The notes beneath the pieces were generated by a model. It was given only the letters and a program-made list of their open reading frames with translations. It did not search any database and was not told the origin of the DNA. Position numbers and translations under genes: made by a program. From positions 1 to 4,546 of the IMG/VR virus record IMGVR_UViG_2684622582_000010: a stretch of DNA of 4,546 nucleotides; one strand, written 5' to 3'. This document shows positions 1 to 4,364 of the stretch, one piece after another. Each line of letters opens with the position of its first letter. Position 1 is the stretch's first letter. This DNA comes from a virus. Lineage: Duplodnaviria > Heunggongvirae > Uroviricota > Caudoviricetes.

Positions 1-1074
1 TCATTTGTCGATTTCAATTTTGTCCCATTCCCGTCCACGGCTGTCCCTATACCGCGCCGCCATTGAATCTGATTTATGCCCGAGAAGACGTTGAGCAAAC
101 TTATCGCCAATCTGGTTCCGGTATAGCCTCGCTGACAGGCTACGCAGTTCATGGAATGTTGGCGGGTTTCCATCAAATGAGAGGCCAGATGCATTTCTCG
201 CCTTTGTAAAATACTTTGATACTGTTTTCGGGGAAAGCGGCTCGTGATGCTTTGATGCGATTATAGTTTCACTGCTGCTGGCCTCCCTGCATTTCTGTAG
301 TGTATCAGCCAATGAGATATTGAGCGCGTCAATCGTTAGCGTTAGCGGAATGGCGAGTTTAGCCCCTGTTTTACTCTGTTTAATGTGAAGATGGTTGTCG
401 TTTATGTCTGACCATTTCATTCTGCACAAATCGCCGACTCTCTGCCCTGTAACGACGGCCAAATCCATCGCCAGCCTTAGCCAGATAGGGAGAGGTTCGG
501 CTGCATGGTAAATCTCGACATACTCATTAGCTGTCAGCCTTGAGCGCCTTACTTCTGACTTTGCTGTACGGGTTGCTGTTACCGGATTCGTTGCCACATG
601 CCCCTCGGCTATTGCTTCACGAAAAACGTCAACAAGGGTTGACCTGATTAATTTTGCGGAAGCTGCTTTACCTTCTGCTACGTAGGTGTTTAGCATTGCT
701 GCCACTTCTTTCGTTGATATGTCAGTGAGCGGTTTGTCCGGCAATTTTCTTCGGATTGCCCTGATTTTGCTGGCGTAGTCGAGTAGAGTTTTCGGCCTGA
801 TCCCCCTTTCGGTGAGGATTGTTTCATATCGGTCAAGCCACACATGAAGAGTGATTGCGTCACCGCCTTTAATTCTGTCTATTAGTGATTTGCGTCCGCT
901 GTCTGAGAGTAACTCAATATTGGCCTGTATTGCTTCAGTAATTGCTATCCTCCTGTCTCTGCCTAATCCGAACTCTTTACCCGTCCTTGGGTCCCTGTAG
1001 CAGTAATATCCATTGTTTCTTATATAAAGGTTAGGGGGTAAATCCCGGCGCTCATGACTTCGCCTTCTTCCCAT
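1..1074 (-). CDS. int: Site-specific tyrosine recombinase, phage lambda Int-family integrase (complete, 357 aa)
   Basis: Complete minus-strand ORF with ATG at 1074-1072 and stop at 3-1. N-terminus MGRRRSHERRDLPPNLYIRNNGYYCYRDPRTGKEFGLG... matches lambda Int as I recall it. C-terminal catalytic region is present (FHELRSL with His/Arg, LLGHKSD...AARY with the tyrosine nucleophile). Start overlaps xis by 23 nt, as in lambda. Confidence 0.95.
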   Translation of the reverse strand: MGRRRSHERRDLPPNLYIRNNGYYCYRDPRTGKEFGLGRDRRIAITEAIQANIELLSDSGRKSLIDRIKGGDAITLHVWLDRYETILTERGIRPKTLLDYASKIRAIRRKLPDKPLTDISTKEVAAMLNTYVAEGKAASAKLIRSTLVDVFREAIAEGHVATNPVTATRTAKSEVRRSRLTANEYVEIYHAAEPLPIWLRLAMDLAVVTGQRVGDLCRMKWSDINDNHLHIKQSKTGAKLAIPLTLTIDALNISLADTLQKCREASSSETIIASKHHEPLSPKTVSKYFTKARNASGLSFDGNPPTFHELRSLSARLYRNQIGDKFAQRLLGHKSDSMAARYRDSRGREWDKIEIDK

Positions 1075-1270
1075 TTCTGATCCTCTTCAAAAGGCTACCT
1101 GTTACTGGTCGATTTAAGTCAACCTTTACCGCTGATTCGTGGAACAGATACTCTCTTCCATCCTTAACCGGAGGAGGGAATATCCTGCATTCGCGCACCC
1201 ATCGACGAACTGTTTCAAGACTTCTTGGACGTCGCTGGCGAGCGTTCCACTCCTGAAGTGTCAAGTACAT
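1052..1270 (-). CDS. xis: Excisionase Xis (72 aa), lambda Xis-like
   Basis: ORF MYLTLQEWNARQRRPRSLETVRRWVRECRIFPPPVKDGREYLFHESAVKVDLNRPVTG...KRIRNGKKAKS is near-identical to lambda Xis as recalled. GGAG lies 8 nt upstream of the ATG. The 3' end overlaps the int start, the canonical lambda arrangement. Confidence 0.93.
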   Translation of the reverse strand: MYLTLQEWNARQRRPRSLETVRRWVRECRIFPPPVKDGREYLFHESAVKVDLNRPVTGSLLKRIRNGKKAKS

Positions 1271-1282
1271 CGCAAAGTCTCC

Positions 1283-1296
1283 GCAATTACACGCAA
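1283..1296 (-). promoter_or_regulatory. CII-box-like direct repeat TTGC-N6-TTGC (pI-like, CII-activated int promoter element)
   Basis: Minus-strand sequence TTGCGTGTAATTGC (reverse complement of plus 1283-1296) lies 13-26 nt upstream of the xis ATG. TTGC-N6-TTGC is the established lambda CII recognition motif at pRE, pI and paQ. Its position would place a transcript start just inside xis, as for lambda pI. No good -10 hexamer is visible, which is typical of activator-dependent promoters. Confidence 0.5.
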
Positions 1297-1317
1297 GAAA
1301 AAACCGCCATCAGGCGG
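1295..1317 (-). terminator. Intrinsic-terminator-like hairpin (minus strand) between the zinc-ribbon gene and xis
   Basis: GC stem CCGCC (1304-1308) / GGCGG (1313-1317) with a 4-nt loop. On the minus-strand transcript it is followed immediately by UUUUUUCUU (reverse complement of plus 1295-1303). On the plus strand the stem is preceded, not followed, by the A/T run, so the signal is minus-strand specific. Confidence 0.4.
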
Positions 1318-1360
1318 CTTGGTGTTCTTTCAGTTATTCAATTCGAATATTGGTTACGTC

Positions 1361-1672
1361 TTATTCGATGCGCACTCCTGGTATTTCGCCTTTTGATATT
1401 GCTAAGTCATAAATTTGCGCAGCACTATACCCATCTCGCATCCATGAATCTAAGGCGCTAACAGCCTCGATACGCTTTTTATCTTCTCTCTCATTTTTGA
1501 TATCAACGAGGACATCAACGCAATTAAGGCATATGTGGATTTTGTCCTTACATTCGATCATGGCGGCTTTACCATGATTTCCGCCACACAGTGAGCATAA
1601 ATCTTCAGGGTCTGGCTGGTATTTCTGTAACGTTAAAGGGTTGAATGTTGAACAGGCCATAATCATCTCCAT
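1361..1672 (-). CDS. Small Cys4 zinc-ribbon protein, positional equivalent of lambda Ea8.5 (99-103 aa, start uncertain)
   Basis: ORF with CxxC-(11)-C-(6)-CxxC (CSLCGG...C...CLNC). It sits where lambda carries ea8.5, which is reported to have a homeodomain/zinc-finger fold. Three in-frame ATGs at 1672, 1666 and 1660; only the ATG at 1660 has an SD-like GGAG 6 nt upstream. The ATG at 1672 sits in the U-tract of the upstream terminator hairpin. Confidence 0.6.
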   Translation of the reverse strand: MEMIMACSTFNPLTLQKYQPDPEDLCSLCGGNHGKAAMIECKDKIHICLNCVDVLVDIKNEREDKKRIEAVSALDSWMRDGYSAAQIYDLAISKGEIPGVRIE

Positions 1673-1697
1673 AAAACAAAACTCGCCGTAGCGAGTT
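1671..1697 (-). terminator. Intrinsic-terminator-like hairpin B (minus strand)
   Basis: Perfect 7-bp inverted repeat AACTCGC (1680-1686) / GCGAGTT (1691-1697) with loop CGTA. On the minus-strand RNA it is followed by UUGUUUUAU (reverse complement of 1671-1679). Confidence 0.45.
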
Positions 1698-1700
1698 CAG

Positions 1701-1727
1701 ATAAAAGAAATCCCCGCGAGTGCGAGG
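1701..1727 (-). terminator. Intrinsic-terminator-like hairpin A (minus strand), directly after the ASCH gene stop
   Basis: On the minus-strand RNA: stem CCUCGC / GCGGGG (plus 1712-1717 and 1722-1727) with one G.U wobble that pairs only in the minus-strand transcript, loop ACUC, then AUUUCUUUUAU (reverse complement of 1701-1711). It lies 5 nt after the stop of the 1732-2016 gene and forms a tandem pair with hairpin B. Confidence 0.4.
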
Positions 1728-1731
1728 ATTG

Positions 1732-2016
1732 TTATTCATTGTCGATATTTACCTTTATCGCGAACACCTTTACCGGTTTATCGCCGAAGTGCGGGTGTGT
1801 GATTATCTTAATTTCATAGCCGTCATACGGAACATCAATTCTGCGGCTGGAATCGTCGCGCTTCGGATATCCCTTTGTGATAATCAGGCGGTCATGCTTA
1901 CGGTTAACGAGGCGCTTTTTCCAGTAGTCATTACACAGGCGATACTCTTCCGTTTTCTCGCCTGACTTCATCTGGTCGAAATATTCACCTTTGACGGCAA
2001 GTTGCAGGTTAGCCAC
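1732..2016 (-). CDS. ASCH / PUA-like domain protein (94 aa)
   Basis: GTG start at 2016-2014 with strong SD AGGAGG 6 nt upstream. N-terminal motif SGEKTEEYR fits the ASCH signature GxKxxExR. Size and the beta-rich C-terminus fit ASCH/DUF3850-type PUA-like proteins common in phages. Start overlaps the upstream gene by 8 nt. Confidence 0.75.
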   Translation of the reverse strand: MANLQLAVKGEYFDQMKSGEKTEEYRLCNDYWKKRLVNRKHDRLIITKGYPKRDDSSRRIDVPYDGYEIKIITHPHFGDKPVKVFAIKVNIDNE

Positions 2017-2293
2017 GACCTTCCTCCTTTGGCTTGTGAATTTGTATCGTCATGCCGCTTTGAGTGGTGACTACAATGACAGAACCAGGCTGAAGGCTGT
2101 TAAGATTGAATGCTTCGTAAAACGAATCCAGGGCCAGCGCTTTTTTATTCTTTCGGTTCCACCAACGCCATCCCTTGCTACAGGCTATACTGACAATCCA
2201 CTGTCCACTCCTGTAAGCCATATAAAACCAGATGAGCAAAACCTGAAGGAATGCTATCCAGTCAATAATCGTATATTTCGCGAAGGAGTCCAT
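2009..2293 (-). CDS. Small membrane protein (94 aa), one N-terminal transmembrane helix, unknown function
   Basis: ATG at 2293-2291 is preceded by AGGAGG with 8-nt spacing and overlaps the upstream stop (TGATG). N-terminal hydrophobic segment YTIIDWIAFLQVLLIWFYMAY is followed by a basic stretch (RWWNRKNKK). The longer track ORF 2009-2347 adds 18 residues without an RBS, so the internal start is preferred. Confidence 0.7.
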   Translation of the reverse strand: MDSFAKYTIIDWIAFLQVLLIWFYMAYRSGQWIVSIACSKGWRWWNRKNKKALALDSFYEAFNLNSLQPGSVIVVTTQSGMTIQIHKPKEEGRG

Positions 2294-2832
2294 CACTTCA
2301 CCTCCTGCGGCGGTTCTGGTAGTGGCATCCAATTGATTACATCGCATTCAGGGATGCTGATATCATCACCAAGCCACCCTTGACCTTCAGACCAGCATTG
2401 CGCGTAATACCCGTATTCTGTGTTCACTACGCACCACTGCGCGTCGTTCGGCATTCGCTCACTACAGCTTATCCAACCATCCGGAGTTACCGGATAGTTG
2501 TCATTCACAAGGTCAGCTCGAACATATAGCGTGTCATCATGGTGCTGATTGTGGCTGCACCACGTTAATTCGCTTAACTCGCCATCTTCTGGCCATACTC
2601 CAGCCGTTTGCAGCCAGATATGGACTGGCGCATCTTGGCAAGGTGTATTAACTGGCAACTTGTAAGTTTGGCTTACAGGTTCTGCACTATCAGCTTCGCG
2701 CCGCTTCTGTAGCTCTGCTGCCATCGCTCTCACGACTTCAACTGGTGCCCTTGCAGCAAACTCCATGTTGGTGATCAGCTCATTAAGATATTGCTCGCTG
2801 GGATACTGTTTCTTATCGGTTATAGTGGTCAT
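2293..2832 (-). CDS. Phage protein with C-terminal DUF551-like domain (179 aa)
   Basis: ATG at 2832-2830 with SD AAGGAG 6 nt upstream, one nucleotide after the upstream stop (TGA-G-ATG). C-terminal ...DGWISCSERMPNDAQWCVV...INWMPLPEPP resembles the DUF551 family as I recall it (conserved Trp residues and a terminal WMPLPEPP). The track's N-terminal extension to 2874 lacks an RBS and lies inside the upstream gene. Confidence 0.72.
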   Translation of the reverse strand: MTTITDKKQYPSEQYLNELITNMEFAARAPVEVVRAMAAELQKRREADSAEPVSQTYKLPVNTPCQDAPVHIWLQTAGVWPEDGELSELTWCSHNQHHDDTLYVRADLVNDNYPVTPDGWISCSERMPNDAQWCVVNTEYGYYAQCWSEGQGWLGDDISIPECDVINWMPLPEPPQEVK

Positions 2833-2833
2833 C

Positions 2834-3409
2834 TCACTCTCCTTTGATGCGAATGCCAGCGGCGCGGGAATCATTCCATCGCTTTACTTCTTCACGAATT
2901 ACGTCAATGCATTCTTTCGAATCCATTAGGTAATCTTCATCAAAAAGACGTTCCTGTTCGTTTTCTATCGCAACAATGATTGCTTCAACTAACTTTTGTG
3001 CCTGAGAATCACTTTCTAACTCTGCTATGCGCTTACTCCCATCCGAGATAACACCTTCGTAATATTCACGCTGTTCGTTGAGTTTTGATTTTGTCTCTTC
3101 AAGCTCAGCAACCAGTTTTCGAAGCCCTTCAATCTCACCATTGCGAGCAATGAGGTCGCGGCACATGCTTTCGTTCTCATCCAGTAGTGCCTGCACTACT
3201 TCTGGGTTGAAAGCTGCGATATAACGAGCGTTGTTCTCTGCGTTTTTCTGTCCATCAAAGCCGGTCCATTTGATAACGTCTTCACATCGTTTATCACCGG
3301 GCGTATGCACCGCATACGTACCAGTACCCGGCGAAATAAATGCGACCCATTCGCCTTGTGTTGCCTGTTTTGCTATCTCACGCAGTGCCTGATAGTTAAT
3401 CTCGCTCAC
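2834..3409 (-). CDS. Ea22/Ead-like protein with central coiled coil (191 aa)
   Basis: GTG start at 3409-3407 overlapping the upstream stop (GTGA), with GAGAGG upstream. N-terminus MSEINYQALREIAKQATQGEW resembles the conserved N-terminus of lambdoid Ea22-family proteins as recalled. Residues ~90-150 are Leu/Glu/Lys-rich with heptad character (IEGLRKLVAELEETKSKLNEQ...). It occupies the ea22 position of a lambda-like early-left operon. Confidence 0.7.
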   Translation of the reverse strand: MSEINYQALREIAKQATQGEWVAFISPGTGTYAVHTPGDKRCEDVIKWTGFDGQKNAENNARYIAAFNPEVVQALLDENESMCRDLIARNGEIEGLRKLVAELEETKSKLNEQREYYEGVISDGSKRIAELESDSQAQKLVEAIIVAIENEQERLFDEDYLMDSKECIDVIREEVKRWNDSRAAGIRIKGE

Positions 3410-3627
3410 TTCGAACCTCTCTGTTTACTGATAAGCTCCAGATCCTCTTGGCAACTTGCACAAGTCCGACAACCCTGAACGACCAGGCGTCTTCGTTCAT
3501 CTATGGGATCGCCACACTCACAACAATGAGTGGCGGATATAGTCTGGTAGTTCAGACGACGCATTTTTATTGCTGTGTTGCGCTGTAATTCTTCAATTTC
3601 TGATGCTGAATCAATGATGTCTGCCAT
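3406..3627 (-). CDS. TraR/DksA-family C4-type zinc-finger protein (73 aa)
   Basis: CxxC-(17)-CxxC in ...THCCECGDPIDERRRLVVQGCRTCASCQE..., matching the TraR/DksA C4 zinc-finger pattern (compare F-plasmid TraR C.ACGNPIPE.RR...C..CQ). Size is typical of phage TraR-like proteins. Confidence 0.82.
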   Translation of the reverse strand: MADIIDSASEIEELQRNTAIKMRRLNYQTISATHCCECGDPIDERRRLVVQGCRTCASCQEDLELISKQRGSK

Positions 3628-3682
3628 CTTTCATTAATCCCTGAATTGTTGGTTAATACGCTTGAGGGTGAATGCGAATAAT

Positions 3683-3703
3683 AAAAAAGGAGCCTGTAGC
3701 TCC
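3683..3703 (-). terminator. Intrinsic-terminator-like hairpin (minus strand) between the hypothetical ORF and the TraR-like gene
   Basis: Stem GGAGC (3689-3693) / GCTCC (3699-3703) with a 5-nt loop. On the minus-strand RNA it is followed by UUUUUU (reverse complement of 3683-3688) and then AUUAUU. It lies 23 nt after the stop at 3726. The stem is short, so this is a weaker call. Confidence 0.35.
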
Positions 3704-3725
3704 ATGATGATTTTGTTTTTCATGC

Positions 3726-4007
3726 TCACCGTTCCTTAAAGACGCCGTTTAACATGCCGATCGCCTGGCTTAAATGAGTCGGTGTGAATCCCATCAGCGT
3801 TACCGTTTCGCGGTGCTTCTTCAGTACGCTACGGCAAATGTCATCGACGTTTTTATCCGGAAACTGCTGTCTGGCTTTTTTGATTTCAGAATTAGCCTGA
3901 CGGGCAATGCTGCGAAGGGCGTTTTCCTGCTGAGGTGTCACTGAACAAGCCCCATGTCGGCAAGCATAAGCACACAGAATATGAAGCCCGCAGCCAGAAA
4001 AATGCAT
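3726..4007 (-). CDS. Hypothetical protein, start uncertain (93 aa from ATG 4007, or 71 aa from GTG 3941)
   Basis: Open frame ending at TGA 3728-3726. The ATG at 4007 directly follows an in-frame TGA and has no SD. The in-frame GTG at 3941-3939 has GGGG 8 nt upstream and overlaps the stop of the 27-aa ORF (GTGA). The Cys/His-rich N-terminal 22 residues look like a frame artefact. No family recognised. Confidence 0.5.
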   Translation of the reverse strand: MHFSGCGLHILCAYACRHGACSVTPQQENALRSIARQANSEIKKARQQFPDKNVDDICRSVLKKHRETVTLMGFTPTHLSQAIGMLNGVFKER

Positions 4008-4021
4008 TCAGTGGTTGTCAT
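3938..4021 (-). CDS. Candidate small hydrophobic peptide (27 aa), not in the ORF track
   Basis: ATG at 4021-4019 overlaps the orf63-like stop (ATGA); stop TGA at 3940-3938 overlaps the downstream GTG (GTGA). My hand translation is MTTTECIFLAAGFIFCVLMLADMGLVQ, a single transmembrane-helix-like peptide. No SD of its own; it would depend on translational coupling. Confidence 0.3.
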   Translation of the reverse strand: MTTTECIFLAAGFIFCVLMLADMGLVQ

Positions 4022-4209
4022 ACCTGGTCTCTCTCATCTGCTTCTGCTTTCGCCACCATCATTTCCAGTTTTTGTGAAAGGGATGTGGCTAACGTATGAA
4101 ATTCTTCGTCTGTTTCTACTGGTATTGGCACAAACCTGACTCCAATTTGAGCAAGGCTATGTGCCATCTCAATGCTCGTTCTTAACTCAACAGGAGATGC
4201 TTTGTGCAT
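4018..4209 (-). CDS. Small protein equivalent to lambda orf63 (63 aa), unknown function
   Basis: ATG at 4209-4207 with GAGGGG upstream. Length (63 aa), position (second gene downstream of exo) and the 28-nt overlap with the preceding 60-aa gene match lambda orf63 as I recall it. Sequence identity is not verified. Confidence 0.65.
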   Translation of the reverse strand: MHKASPVELRTSIEMAHSLAQIGVRFVPIPVETDEEFHTLATSLSQKLEMMVAKAEADERDQV

Positions 4210-4364
4210 ACAGCCCCTCGTTTATTATTTATCTCCTCAGCCAGCCGCTGTGCTTTCAGTGGATTTTGGATAACAGAAAGGCCGGGAAATACCCAGCCTC
4301 GCTTTGTAACGGAGTAGACGAAAGTGATCGCACCTACCCGGATATTATCGTGAGGATGCTTCAT
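4182..4364 (-). CDS. Small protein equivalent to lambda orf60a (60 aa), unknown function
   Basis: ATG at 4364-4362 overlaps the exo stop (ATGA) and has GGGGAG 8 nt upstream. The track's ATG at 4370 gives 62 aa but has only a 2-nt spacer. Length and position immediately downstream of exo match lambda orf60a as recalled. Confidence 0.65.
   Translation of the reverse strand: MKHPHDNIRVGAITFVYSVTKRGWVFPGLSVIQNPLKAQRLAEEINNKRGAVCTKHLLLS

Noticed and set aside
1341-1348. 8-bp palindrome ATTCGAAT just downstream of the zinc-ribbon gene
   Set aside because: Too short to distinguish from chance in A/T-rich intergenic DNA; no flanking symmetry that would suggest an operator.
1139-1461. Plus-strand ORFs 1139-1396 (85 aa) and 1225-1461 (78 aa)
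   Set aside because: They lie antisense to xis, to the pI-like/terminator region and to the zinc-ribbon gene. They have no SD and low-complexity translations; judged shadow ORFs of well-supported minus-strand genes.
2294-2347. N-terminal extension of the membrane-protein ORF to the ATG at 2347 (MRCNQLDATTRTAAGGEV...)
   Set aside because: No RBS; it overlaps the DUF551 coding end. The ATG at 2293 has AGGAGG upstream and a stop/start overlap.
1720-2383. Plus-strand ORFs 1720-1965 (81 aa) and 1991-2383 (130 aa)
   Set aside because: Fully antisense to the ASCH, membrane-protein and DUF551 genes, which have strong RBSs and coupled starts. No independent support.
2833-2874. N-terminal extension of the DUF551 ORF to the ATG at 2874 (MIPAPLAFASKESE...)
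   Set aside because: It has no RBS and lies entirely inside the 3' end of the Ea22-like gene. The ATG at 2832 has AAGGAG at optimal spacing and sits one nucleotide after the upstream stop.
3628-3688. Possible sigma70 promoter for the TraR-led block in the gap upstream of 3627
   Set aside because: The only -35-like and -10-like hexamers (TTCACC, TATTAA) are 9 nt apart, so no plausible promoter could be supported; expression is more simply explained by readthrough from upstream.
3687-3739. Plus-strand mini-ORF (MMILFFMLTVP, 11 aa) after an AAGGAG motif
   Set aside because: The AAGGAG is part of the hairpin stem read on the other strand, and the spacer to the ATG is 11 nt. Most likely coincidental; noted only as a remote leader-peptide possibility.
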